The notes under the pieces are model-generated. The model was not told the DNA's origin. It worked only from the letters and a program-made list of their open reading frames with translations, and did no database searches. This document shows, piece by piece, positions 48,117 to 57,984 of a stretch of DNA of 64,000 nt. A program made the translations under genes and the position numbers. Source of the DNA: Bacteroidota bacterium (lineage in GTDB: Bacteria; Bacteroidota; Bacteroidia; B-17B0; Aurantibacillaceae). The stretch covers positions 166,001 to 230,000 of the forward strand of contig JAQZBQ010000003.1 of assembly GCA_029237825.1 (NCBI GenBank). Reading direction: 5' to 3'. Positions within the stretch are counted from its first letter, which is position 1, and every line of letters starts with the position of its first letter.

Positions 48117-48147
48117 TTTACTCTGAAATTGCTTAAAAAGACCAAAC

Positions 48148-48474
48148 ATGACAGATATTAAAATCAATATTCACAACCCTGACCAAACCCTTACTACCTT
48201 AGAAGCACCAACGGATATGGGCTTAAGTCTGATGGAGTTTTTAAAAGGAAACGATTACGATATCCTTGCAACTTGTGGAGGTATGGCACTATGCGCAACT
48301 TGCCATGTAAGTGTAATAAATGGCTTTGAAAAATTATCTGAAATTTCGGATGATGAATATGCAATGCTCGACACATTGCCTAATATTACAGAAACGTCTC
48401 GTTTAAGTTGCCAGTTGAAATTAGCGGAAAACATGGATAATATTACGGTTAAATTAATGGGCGACGGTAATTAA
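48148..48474 (+). CDS. fdx: adrenodoxin-type 2Fe-2S ferredoxin
   Basis: Cys pattern C-x5-C-x2-C (CGGMALCATC) plus the distal Cys in LSCQL; 108 aa. Confidence 0.85.
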   Translation: MTDIKINIHNPDQTLTTLEAPTDMGLSLMEFLKGNDYDILATCGGMALCATCHVSVINGFEKLSEISDDEYAMLDTLPNITETSRLSCQLKLAENMDNITVKLMGDGN

Positions 48475-48499
48475 TAAGCCCTTGTTTTTAAATTCTCCG

Positions 48500-50275
48500 T
48501 TATCTATTATCCATTTCTGATTCACAGGATTTTTTTACATACGACCCGGGCGCGTTTTCCAGAATAGGATAAAATTTATTTCCGAGTTTTTTTCTGGCGG
48601 GAACCTTTTTACCGGAATGTTTTGATAAGCTCTCATAATAGGAATTCCACCAACTTCCTTCGCGATACTTCGCAGTTTTTTTCCAGGCCTCATAATTGCC
48701 TTTAAGTTCACCATCGGTCCAATAACCATATTTATTTTTTGCAGGAGGATTAATGGCGCCCATTACATGACCGGAGCCCCCAAGAATGAATTCAACGGGC
48801 CCGCTAACCATCCGTGTGGTTATAAATACTGTTGACGCTGGTGATATATAGTCTTCGGTAAACCCAATTACAAATACCGGGCAACTAATTTTGCCTATAT
48901 CAATTGGATATCCAGATACTGTTAACGCGTTTTTACGGCTTAATCCGTTTTCCAGAATTATACGGTGGATATAATATTTGTACATTTCACCGGGTAAATT
49001 GGTATTGTCGTTTGTCCAGTACAACACATCGAAAGCCGTCGGTTTTAAGCCCTTCAGGTAATTGTTTACCGCATAGTTCCAAATCAAGTCATGGGAACGA
49101 ATAAGGTTAAACGCCAGTTCCATATTATGACCGTTTAGCAAGCCATTATGCAGTAGTTCTCCCCTATCCAGTTTTTTTACCAATGCTTCATCAATTACAT
49201 TTCCCATAGGGCCAACATCTATAAAATCGATCATGGCAGCCAAAAAGGTAGCAGTATTGATGGGATCCTTATCGCCTTGGTTTTCAAGAATGGCAGCAGC
49301 AACACTCAACAAGGTACCGCCGAGGCAATAGCCAAAGGTGTTAATTTTATCAACATCAGAAATTTCTTTAGCTACCTCAATTGCTTTCAATGCACCCAAC
49401 TCCACATAATCATCGAAACTTAAATGCGAGGTTTCAGGACAAGGATTGCGCCATGAAATCATAAACACAGTAAATCCTTTATCCACTAAAAACTTAACCA
49501 GCGAATTGTGTGCCTGTAAATCGAGTATATAAAATTTATTGATCCAGGGCGGGATCATCAGTATTGGTTTTTCAAAAACGGTATCTGTAGTTGGCGAATA
49601 TTGTATAAGTTGAATAAGTTGGTTTTCAAAAATTACGGCGCCAGGCGATGTGGCTAAATTTACACCTACCTCAAAGGCTGACTCATCGGTTTGTGTAATC
49701 TGGCCTTTCTCGATGTCTTTAATCAAATTTTTAAACCCTTGAAACAGGCTTTTACCATGTGTTTCTATGGCTGTTTTCTGAACTTCCGGATTAGTAGGTA
49801 AAAAATTTGCCGGCGAAAACAGATCCATAAAATGCTGGTTGTAAAACGCCATTTTTTTACGCGCTTTATAACCAATTTCAATTTCAGAAATAATGCGTTC
49901 CGCAAGTCTTTCTGTGATCAGATAATTCTGCCGGATAAAATCAAAATATGGAATGTTCCATTCCGTTGCTGTAAAACGTTTATCATTTTTTTTTGCAATA
50001 TCCTTGAAAGTACATTCTTCATCTGGATTAATAAATACTGAATTCCATATTCTTTGTTGGCAGCCGAGGTAATCCAGCCACAAACCATACACTTTCTGCA
50101 TTTCATGTGGATTGATCGCAATTTTTGACAAAAAATTGAAATAGGTAATTGCAATGGAACGGCTGTCGTGCTGGTACCCTTTAAAGTTTTTAAAAAAATC
50201 GGCCCATAATTTTACACCGGCATTATTCATTCCGGTAACTATTTCTGTGGGATTAAACTCTGCGCTGCTTTCCAT
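48500..50275 (-). CDS. phaC: class I poly(R)-hydroxyalkanoate synthase
   Basis: Lipase-box GYCLGG and the PhaC N-terminal domain. At ~590 aa, the length is typical of class I synthases. Confidence 0.9.
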   Translation of the reverse strand: MESSAEFNPTEIVTGMNNAGVKLWADFFKNFKGYQHDSRSIAITYFNFLSKIAINPHEMQKVYGLWLDYLGCQQRIWNSVFINPDEECTFKDIAKKNDKRFTATEWNIPYFDFIRQNYLITERLAERIISEIEIGYKARKKMAFYNQHFMDLFSPANFLPTNPEVQKTAIETHGKSLFQGFKNLIKDIEKGQITQTDESAFEVGVNLATSPGAVIFENQLIQLIQYSPTTDTVFEKPILMIPPWINKFYILDLQAHNSLVKFLVDKGFTVFMISWRNPCPETSHLSFDDYVELGALKAIEVAKEISDVDKINTFGYCLGGTLLSVAAAILENQGDKDPINTATFLAAMIDFIDVGPMGNVIDEALVKKLDRGELLHNGLLNGHNMELAFNLIRSHDLIWNYAVNNYLKGLKPTAFDVLYWTNDNTNLPGEMYKYYIHRIILENGLSRKNALTVSGYPIDIGKISCPVFVIGFTEDYISPASTVFITTRMVSGPVEFILGGSGHVMGAINPPAKNKYGYWTDGELKGNYEAWKKTAKYREGSWWNSYYESLSKHSGKKVPARKKLGNKFYPILENAPGSYVKKSCESEMDNR

Positions 50276-50293
50276 AAATCACTTCATAACAAA

Positions 50294-50314
50294 GCCCGGG
50301 CGATGAACCCGGGC
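50294..50314 (-). terminator. GC-rich intergenic hairpin (possible partial terminator/attenuator between phasin-like gene and phaC)
   Basis: GCCCGGG-7 nt-CCCGGGC. On the minus strand it is followed by TTTGTTAT. It lies between the stop at 50333 and the phaC start at 50275. Confidence 0.35.
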
Positions 50315-50332
50315 CTCCTTACTAAATCCTGA

Positions 50333-51007
50333 TTAATTGTGTACTGTTACTTTTTGGTTTTTTTTCACCTCATTTTCTTGGGTGTTACCATTTTTTGAAA
50401 ATTTGTCTGCTGTCTCTTCTTTCGTTTTTACAGCCTTAGCGGTATCTGCCCAAATTTGTTTGTTTAAATCAAACAGCTCATTCAACTGGTTGCTAAACTC
50501 TTTCTGTAAGTCTTTATTAATTTCCACTGTATTTTCAACCCTCTTATTATAAGATTCAATCATCGTTTTAACCAATTTTTGCGTGGCTTCAAATTCCTTT
50601 TCAATGGCTTGCTGATATTTTTCATTGATACTAGCCCAATCAATGTTTCCATTATCTAGTTTACGAGAAAAACTATTAAACAGGTTTTGATTATACTCAG
50701 TTATTTGCTGAAAGGTCTTTTCAAAAGGATTGTTACCTACTCCAAAATTAGTGAATGGAATGGAACCTGGTTTTAAAGGACCGTTTAAGAACAAGTCGGA
50801 ATATCCTTTCATAGGATTCCATACATTTTTGTTACTCTCACTGTTAAATGAATTAAACAAATTTCCGTAAAAACCGGAAACAAGGTTCAATTGTTTTTTA
50901 TAAAGATCAGTCATAGAATTAGTGACTTCATTTAACCATTGGTTGATCACTTTTGTGCTTTCCTGTAAAGTTTCATTCGCATTAGATGTTGAGTTGGTTG
51001 TTTCCAT
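50333..51007 (-). CDS. hypothetical helical protein, possible phasin (PHA granule-associated)
   Basis: No signal peptide or TM. The sequence is N/K/E/Q-rich and predicted helical. It lies directly upstream of, and co-oriented with, phaC. The function is inferred from position only. Confidence 0.4.
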   Translation of the reverse strand: METTNSTSNANETLQESTKVINQWLNEVTNSMTDLYKKQLNLVSGFYGNLFNSFNSESNKNVWNPMKGYSDLFLNGPLKPGSIPFTNFGVGNNPFEKTFQQITEYNQNLFNSFSRKLDNGNIDWASINEKYQQAIEKEFEATQKLVKTMIESYNKRVENTVEINKDLQKEFSNQLNELFDLNKQIWADTAKAVKTKEETADKFSKNGNTQENEVKKNQKVTVHN

Positions 51008-51165
51008 TAGTTTTTTTGGATTAAAATTTTAATAAAATGGGTTTAATAATGAGACTCTAAAGAACAGGATTATTCAAAGAATAGCCCTTACACTCATCCA
51101 TAGATTTCTATGCAAAAATCAAAGATGGGGAGATGGGAATAAACCAATAAAGGATAATTAAACAC

Positions 51166-51897
51166 TTAATTCGCTCTTGAAGGCTCATCGTCGTCCTTAT
51201 ATTTATTGTAATCCAGTGTATTCCCCCAGAAATTCATTTGCTGTTTAATCCATGCTTTTCTGGTACTCACATAATTACTGGCCGGATTGGCCTTTAATCG
51301 CAGTGGATTGGGAAGAATAGCCGCAATCGCCGCGGCTTCATCCTTATTGAGTTTTTTTGCTGGTTTTCTAAACCAGTGTCGCGATGCAGCTTCTGCACCA
51401 TAAATACCTGGTCCCATTTCAATGCTATTCAAATACACCTCCATAATGCGCTCTTTACTCCAGAATAGCTCAATTAATAATGTAAACCATGCCTCAAATG
51501 CTTTCCTTAAGTAACTTCTCCCCTGCCATAAAAATACATTTTTGGCAGTCTGTTGTGTGATGGTGGATCCACCACGGAAACGCTTTCCCTCCTCATTCTC
51601 TTTCATTGCTTTTTTGATGGCACCTAAATCAAATCCAAAATGTTTTAAATAATTTTGATCCTCGCTGCATACAACCGCCAATTGAAGCTTTGGTGAAATT
51701 TCATCCAGGGGAACCCAGTCATGTTCCAAAACAACACCTTTCCCGTCTCCAATTTGTTCTATATTACGAATTATCATTAAAGGAGTTAGAGGCACCGGCA
51801 ACCATCGGTACAAAACCACAGAAATAACCGAGACAATTACGAACACTAAAAAAATTCTCCAGGCTATTCCAAAAAGCTTTCCAAACAATTTTATCAT
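51166..51897 (-). CDS. mtgA: monofunctional biosynthetic peptidoglycan transglycosylase
   Basis: N-terminal TM anchor, with the GT51 motifs SEDQNYLKHFGFD and GGSTITQQTAKN. Confidence 0.9.
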   Translation of the reverse strand: MIKLFGKLFGIAWRIFLVFVIVSVISVVLYRWLPVPLTPLMIIRNIEQIGDGKGVVLEHDWVPLDEISPKLQLAVVCSEDQNYLKHFGFDLGAIKKAMKENEEGKRFRGGSTITQQTAKNVFLWQGRSYLRKAFEAWFTLLIELFWSKERIMEVYLNSIEMGPGIYGAEAASRHWFRKPAKKLNKDEAAAIAAILPNPLRLKANPASNYVSTRKAWIKQQMNFWGNTLDYNKYKDDDEPSRAN

Positions 51898-51975
51898 AAA
51901 AGAGTAAAACTATTCTATTTATTTCCCTTAAGTTTGCCCCCATACAAATTTTAACAACACCGTGCTATTAATAAC

Positions 51976-52470
51976 ATGAGTAAACGATCAACCTATATCA
52001 TTCTCATCATCGCTATCCTTGGAGTAATCGGCCTATACTACTACAATAAATATAGAGTAGCCCCGGTTTTACAGATACCAGCACTAGATGTTGTGTCAGA
52101 TGATGGAAATCCTTTTACTATTTCTTCACTAAAAGGAAAAAAAGTAATTATTAGTTTTTATGCTTCTTGGTGTCCCCCGTGCAGGGAGGAACTAAAAGTT
52201 CTGAGCAAAATAAAAAATGATAAACTTTCGGATATCGAGATACTTGCAATTACCGATGAAGGAATTGACAAAATGATTGCCTTTAGGAACGGGAAACAGT
52301 ATCCTTTTACATTCTTAACACTTAAAGCACCCTTCTCAACAATCGGTATCAATTCAATACCTGTGACTTATTTGTTAAATACAAATGGCGAAATCGTTTA
52401 TAATAATGTAGGCTATATTGACTGGGAAGACGAATCAACACTATCGCATTTAAAAGCCTTGATGGATTAA
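51976..52470 (+). CDS. TlpA/ResA-like thiol-disulfide oxidoreductase
   Basis: N-terminal TM anchor and thioredoxin-fold WCPPC active site. Confidence 0.8.
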   Translation: MSKRSTYIILIIAILGVIGLYYYNKYRVAPVLQIPALDVVSDDGNPFTISSLKGKKVIISFYASWCPPCREELKVLSKIKNDKLSDIEILAITDEGIDKMIAFRNGKQYPFTFLTLKAPFSTIGINSIPVTYLLNTNGEIVYNNVGYIDWEDESTLSHLKALMD

Positions 52471-52531
52471 TTGAAATCTTTGCTTAAGCACTTTTTATTA
52501 AATATATTTAAAGACCCTTTTATTTAAGAAT

Positions 52532-53938
52532 ATGACGAAAATTAAATTTGGAACCGACGGCTGGAGAGCAATCATCGCAGAAGATTTTACAGTTGAAAAT
52601 GTTGCCAGGGTAACAGAAGCAACCGCTGTATGGCTAAAGAAAAACTTTGAAAAGCCAACGGTTGTGGTTGGGCATGATTGCCGTTTTGGAGGTGAATTAT
52701 TTGCACAAACAGTGGCAAAAGTGCTTGTTGCAAACAACATTCAAGTATTTCTGGCAAAAGGATTTGTCAGTACACCTATGATTTCCTTGGGTACTGTTAG
52801 GCATAAAGCGAGCCTTGGAATCATCATAACGGCGTCGCATAACCCTCCTGCATATAACGGGTATAAACTAAAAGGCCATTACGGCGGACCGTTAGGCCCG
52901 GAAAAAGTTCAGGAAATTGAAGATATCATTCCGGAACAAAGTGCTGTAAACCTTAATACGGTTGATTTAAAATCGGCTGAAGAAAAAGGCCTAATGGAAA
53001 TTACACCATTGGAAGACATGTATGTAAAGCATGTTGAGGATAATTTTGACATTGCGGCGATCAAAAAATCCGGTCTGAAATTCGCGTATGATAGTATGTA
53101 CGGCGCAGGTCAGCGTGTTATGTTCCGTTTGTTTCCCGAAATTGTTCATTTGCACAATGACTATAATCCAGGTTTTAAAGGGCAGGCACCTGAACCAATC
53201 CATAAAAATTTAACTGAATTCTCAAATCTGATCAAAACCAGCGGGAATATTGATTGCGGATTGGTTACAGATGGCGATGCAGATCGTATTGGGCTTTACG
53301 ATCATCAAGGAAATTTCGTTGACTCCCATCACATCATTTTACTATTGATTCATTACCTGAAGAAATACAAAGGGATGGACGGAAAAGTATGTACCGCATT
53401 CAGCTCTACCGTAAAAATCAAGAACATGTGCGATCATTACAATCTTCCATTGGACGTTGTTAAGATTGGCTTCAAATACATCTGTAATATTATGATTACT
53501 GAAGATGTACTGGTTGGTGGAGAAGAAAGCGGTGGAATTGCTATCAAAGGCCATATTCCGGAACGCGATGGTATCTGGATGGGACTCGTGCTTTGGGAGT
53601 TCATGGCAAAAACAGGAAAAAAATTGACTGAGCTCATCGACGAAGTGTATGCTATTACCGGGCCTTTTTCATTTGAACGAAATGACCTCGCAATAACCGA
53701 AGACCTGAAGAACAAAATTGTGGCGAACTGTAAAAATAATCACTACAAAGAATTTGGGAAATACAAGGTACAACGCGTTGATGACCTTGACGGATTTAAA
53801 TTTTTTATAGATGACAATACCTGGACTATGATTCGTGCTTCGGGGACAGAGCCGGTTCTCAGAACTTATGCTGAAGCATCAACCAAGGAGAAAGCTTTTG
53901 ACATTCTTGCAGAGGTAAAGAAAGTTCTACTGAACTAA
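52532..53938 (+). CDS. phosphoglucomutase/phosphomannomutase family protein
   Basis: Active-site TASHNPPAYNGYK, metal loop TDGDADR and sugar loop GGEESGG. Confidence 0.85.
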   Translation: MTKIKFGTDGWRAIIAEDFTVENVARVTEATAVWLKKNFEKPTVVVGHDCRFGGELFAQTVAKVLVANNIQVFLAKGFVSTPMISLGTVRHKASLGIIITASHNPPAYNGYKLKGHYGGPLGPEKVQEIEDIIPEQSAVNLNTVDLKSAEEKGLMEITPLEDMYVKHVEDNFDIAAIKKSGLKFAYDSMYGAGQRVMFRLFPEIVHLHNDYNPGFKGQAPEPIHKNLTEFSNLIKTSGNIDCGLVTDGDADRIGLYDHQGNFVDSHHIILLLIHYLKKYKGMDGKVCTAFSSTVKIKNMCDHYNLPLDVVKIGFKYICNIMITEDVLVGGEESGGIAIKGHIPERDGIWMGLVLWEFMAKTGKKLTELIDEVYAITGPFSFERNDLAITEDLKNKIVANCKNNHYKEFGKYKVQRVDDLDGFKFFIDDNTWTMIRASGTEPVLRTYAEASTKEKAFDILAEVKKVLLN

Positions 53939-53962
53939 CTATTATTTTGAAAATTAGAATAT

Positions 53963-53991
53963 GCCCGGCTATCAAAAGTCCGGGCTTTTTT
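53963..53991 (+). terminator. intrinsic terminator
   Basis: GCCCGG-11 nt-CCGGGC followed by TTTTTT, 25 nt after the stop at 53938. Confidence 0.7.
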
Positions 53992-54032
53992 AATCGGTTA
54001 TTTTGCTTACTTTTCTGACTTGAAATTCTTCC

Positions 54033-56891
54033 ATGATACCTTTCCTTCAGTACATTGCACAGTATGTTTTTCAGCACCACACACATAGTACTGAACAACT
54101 TTGTATTGTACTTCCGAATAAAAGGGGGGCACTGTATTTAAAACAACACCTTGCTAATGTTTTTCAAAAAACCATTTGGCTACCGGCAATTATCAGTGCC
54201 GAAGAACTTGTAGCTGAACTATCGGGTTTACAACAAGCGGATAGCATTGATCTTATCTGTGATTTGTACACCGTTTATACCGAAGAGTTAAAAGAAAAAG
54301 CAGAACCGTTTGATGCCTTTGCAAAATGGGGCACTCTCATGCTTCAGGATTTTAATGAAGCAGATCGGTATCTGGTAGACACAAACGCGCTTTACCAGAA
54401 TTTAAAGGAAATAAGGGAGATTGAGAACTGGAGTCTCAATGCAGAAAACTTAACAACTACCCAACAGGACTATGTGAATTTTATGCACCAAATGGGAACC
54501 ATTTACCATGGGTTCATAAAGGTGTTGCTAGCTAAAAGACAGGCGTATCAAGGATTGATGTACCGGAAAGCGGTCGAACAATTTGAAAATTCACAATACA
54601 TATACCAATTTGAAAAAATTCTGGTTTGTGGTTTTAACGCACTTAATAAAGCGGAAACTTTCATTTTTTCGGAACTGGTAAAAATGAAAAAGGCGGTCAT
54701 AATATATGATGCCGACAATTATTATGTAAAGAATGAAAGTTACGAAGCGGGTTTATTTTTAAGAAAAAACCTAAGTCATAATTGGTTAAACACAAATCGT
54801 GTTATTGGAGATTATTTTAAAGAAATTCCCAAACATATTGACATTGTTGCTGTTCCAAAACAAGTTGGACAAGCTCAGGTAGTTTCCCATCAATTACAAA
54901 AATGGCTTAACGAAGGAAAATCGTTAAATAAAATGGCAGTGGTACTTGCCGATGAAAGTTTGCTGTTCCCTATTCTGAATCAATTACCAAAAGAAGTAGA
55001 ACATGTTAACATCACAATGGAGTATCCATTACGCCTATCACCGATTTATGATTTAATGGAGAATCTGATCAACCTTCATCAGTCAACGCAAAAAGCCGGA
55101 ATGGGCAGTAGTTATTATTTCGCGGACGTGTTTAAAATTCTGCAAAATTCATTATTTAAAAAATATTACCGGTCATTCGATGGTGGGATCCCTCTTCAAA
55201 TGATTATTCAGCGCATCATTGATAAAAACTACGTTTGGATCAACAACAAAGTTCTTTCAGACTTGTTTGAATCTAATTATTTGCACATCTCTGAATTGTT
55301 TGCGCCATGGGAAAACTCAACTAAGGGCATCAACGCTCTTGCCAAAATAATTGATCTCTTTAATTCTTCAGAAAAAGAAGAATTGAAATTATCTGCTACT
55401 GAAAAAGAATACCTACATGTATTTACAAAGTATTTCAACCGCCTTCTATCGCTTGTAACATCCCATTCATTCCTGAATTCCTTAATCACTTTAAAAAGCC
55501 TTTACAAACAAATTATTGGCTCGGCTTCTGTACCTTTTATTGGTGAGCCGTTACGTGGACTGCAAATAATGGGAGTTTTGGAAACTCGGACACTTGATTT
55601 CGAGAACATTATGATATTGGGAGTTAACGAAGGAGTTTTACCATCCGGGAAATCCGCGAACTCTTTTATACCAAATGATTTAAAACGTTTTCATGGAATG
55701 CCATTATATGGCGACAAGGATGCTATATATGCTTATCATTTTTATCGCTTATTACAAAGAGCGTCCAATGTTTTAATTACCTATAATACCGAACACAGTG
55801 TATTAGGCTCAGGGGAAAAGAGCCGATTTATAACTCAATTACAATTTGAATTACAACGCTATCATTCAGCCCATACCATAACAGAAAAAATGCTCAGCGG
55901 GGATTCACTTCCTGCAAGCTCACGTAACGTCATTGCAATTTCAAAAACGGATCTGAACCTGGCTCCTATCCTTTATAAGTTGAATACGGATTCTCAGTTC
56001 ACGGGATTAAGCCCGAGCGCACTAATAACTTATAAGGATTGCGCTCTGCGTTTCTTTTTCAGATATGGTGTTGGTATTAAAGAAACCGAGGACGTTGAAG
56101 AAAGTGCTGAAGCGAACACACAGGGCTCAATTTTGCATGAATCGTTAGAATTACTCTACCAGCCTTTTATTGGAAGGGTGTTAACGGAAAACGATATTAA
56201 AAGCTGTATGCAAAAAACTGAAGAGACGGTAAACCAGGTTTTCCAAAAATATTTCAGCCAAAAAGAAAGTCAGTTTGGGAAAAACTATTTACAGAGACGG
56301 GTTTTATATGAATACGTTAATAAATTGCTCAAAAATGACATCAAGCTTATACAAGATTCTAAAAAAAATAATGAACTACTGAGCCTTATTGATTTGGAAA
56401 GGAACTTATCAGCCACCATCACCTTGTTTGTTAATGGCGCAACAACGCTTATCTATCTGAAAGGCTCAGCGGATCGCATCGAGAGACTTGGTCAAAAGAT
56501 CCGGATTATTGATTATAAATCTTCATTAAAATCGGAAGATAAGTTTAAGTTTACCAATTTTAATGATCTGTTTAAAAATTCACAGTACAATAAAATGCTT
56601 CAGTTGTTTACGTATGCATGGCTCGTAGTAAAGAATAAACTGGCCAAACCAGAAGAGCTACAACCCTGTATCATTCCTTTTAAAAAATTTGAAGAACAGC
56701 CAAAATTCATCCTCGAAGATAAAAAAGGTGGCGGTATTTTAGAATTTACTGATCAACTGCTGACTGAATTTGAAACATACCTCAAACAACATATAACTGA
56801 AATGCTCGATCCATCCACCTCGTTTTCACAAACCGATGACGAAGAGCAGTGTGAATATTGCGCCTACTCCGCTATCTGCAATGTAAGGTAA
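54033..56891 (+). CDS. AddB-like PD-(D/E)XK nuclease family protein with C-terminal Fe-S cysteines
   Basis: C-terminal nuclease motif (GSADRIE...IRIIDYKS). Four Cys residues are arranged as in AddB/Cas4-type clusters (C in YKDCALRFF, plus CEYCAYSAIC). The N-terminal inactivated-helicase-like region lacks a Walker A motif. Confidence 0.75.
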   Translation: MIPFLQYIAQYVFQHHTHSTEQLCIVLPNKRGALYLKQHLANVFQKTIWLPAIISAEELVAELSGLQQADSIDLICDLYTVYTEELKEKAEPFDAFAKWGTLMLQDFNEADRYLVDTNALYQNLKEIREIENWSLNAENLTTTQQDYVNFMHQMGTIYHGFIKVLLAKRQAYQGLMYRKAVEQFENSQYIYQFEKILVCGFNALNKAETFIFSELVKMKKAVIIYDADNYYVKNESYEAGLFLRKNLSHNWLNTNRVIGDYFKEIPKHIDIVAVPKQVGQAQVVSHQLQKWLNEGKSLNKMAVVLADESLLFPILNQLPKEVEHVNITMEYPLRLSPIYDLMENLINLHQSTQKAGMGSSYYFADVFKILQNSLFKKYYRSFDGGIPLQMIIQRIIDKNYVWINNKVLSDLFESNYLHISELFAPWENSTKGINALAKIIDLFNSSEKEELKLSATEKEYLHVFTKYFNRLLSLVTSHSFLNSLITLKSLYKQIIGSASVPFIGEPLRGLQIMGVLETRTLDFENIMILGVNEGVLPSGKSANSFIPNDLKRFHGMPLYGDKDAIYAYHFYRLLQRASNVLITYNTEHSVLGSGEKSRFITQLQFELQRYHSAHTITEKMLSGDSLPASSRNVIAISKTDLNLAPILYKLNTDSQFTGLSPSALITYKDCALRFFFRYGVGIKETEDVEESAEANTQGSILHESLELLYQPFIGRVLTENDIKSCMQKTEETVNQVFQKYFSQKESQFGKNYLQRRVLYEYVNKLLKNDIKLIQDSKKNNELLSLIDLERNLSATITLFVNGATTLIYLKGSADRIERLGQKIRIIDYKSSLKSEDKFKFTNFNDLFKNSQYNKMLQLFTYAWLVVKNKLAKPEELQPCIIPFKKFEEQPKFILEDKKGGGILEFTDQLLTEFETYLKQHITEMLDPSTSFSQTDDEEQCEYCAYSAICNVR

Positions 56892-56973
56892 TAGTTGGTT
56901 AACAGCAATATGTTTATAAAATAGAATCAAACTGCCTTATGTTGAGGCGATGAGCATTAATTTTATTTCATTA

Positions 56974-57957
56974 ATGAAAAAATCCGCTCAACCCATCGTT
57001 TATTTAAAAAAATCATTCCTTCTCATTTTACTGATTTTCTCAGGTTTATCAAGTTTTTCCCAGGAAATAACTGTGGATTTCGAAGGTCGTGTCACGCATG
57101 ATAACGCCAGTTTGTCGGAAGTTATCGTACAGGTATTGCAAAATGGCAAACTGATGACAACGTTCAAAACAAACCATACCGGCAATTATAACATTTATTT
57201 ACCACTGGGAAACGATTACCTTATATCCATTTCTAAGAATGACTATGTACAGAAATACTTTAGCGTAAGTACAAAAGGTATCCCGCAAGAACAGGCAGGC
57301 ATAAAATTTCCCGCTATTAAAGCGGATGTTGATCTACTAAAGTATTATGAAGGTGTTGATTATTCTATGTTTAATGAACCCATTACTAAATTTTACTATA
57401 ATAAGCGCAAAGATAACTTCGATTACGATAAGGAGCATTTAAAAGCAAAAATGCAGGCCATGAAATTGGTAAAGGAAGCCGAAAAGAAAGCCATTCAACT
57501 GGCGATTCAAAAAAATGAAAACAAACAAAAAGAATTAAGTTCCAATTTAGGAGTAATCGCCCAGGCAAAACGCGAAGCACTCAATGATGAAAAGAAAGCA
57601 CTTGATGAAAAATTAGCAAAGGAAAGCCTCATGTTGAAATTAATTGAAGAGGAAAACAAAACTTTATTCAGCAGAAATAAAGATGAAGTTCAGCTCAATA
57701 TCGTAGCTGCAGATAAAAACGTCGCACAACACATTATTGACAAAAAAGTGAATGCTTTGGTTTCAAAATATAAACAGGGTGTTACGGAAGAGCGCCGGGA
57801 AGGCGATGGAATTATCATAATTACCAGGGTATTAGTTCGTGAAGAAGAAGCCTGGGTATACGAAAAGAAAATATTTAACTGGGGTGGTGTAGCTTACTTT
57901 CGCGACAAGCAACGTATTACTGCCAGCACCTTCCACCAGGAAACAGCCGGGCGTTAA
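56974..57957 (+). CDS. hypothetical exported protein with carboxypeptidase-regulatory-like domain and coiled coil
   Basis: Trimmed to ATG 56974 (MKKSAQPIVYLKKSFLLILLIFSGLSSFSQE). GRVTHDNASLSEVIVQVLQNGK...TNHTGNYNIYL is CarboxypepD_reg-like, with a K/E-rich central helix. Confidence 0.55.
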   Translation: MKKSAQPIVYLKKSFLLILLIFSGLSSFSQEITVDFEGRVTHDNASLSEVIVQVLQNGKLMTTFKTNHTGNYNIYLPLGNDYLISISKNDYVQKYFSVSTKGIPQEQAGIKFPAIKADVDLLKYYEGVDYSMFNEPITKFYYNKRKDNFDYDKEHLKAKMQAMKLVKEAEKKAIQLAIQKNENKQKELSSNLGVIAQAKREALNDEKKALDEKLAKESLMLKLIEEENKTLFSRNKDEVQLNIVAADKNVAQHIIDKKVNALVSKYKQGVTEERREGDGIIIITRVLVREEEAWVYEKKIFNWGGVAYFRDKQRITASTFHQETAGR

Positions 57958-57984
57958 TTTAACCGCGTTATTAATAATATTCTT

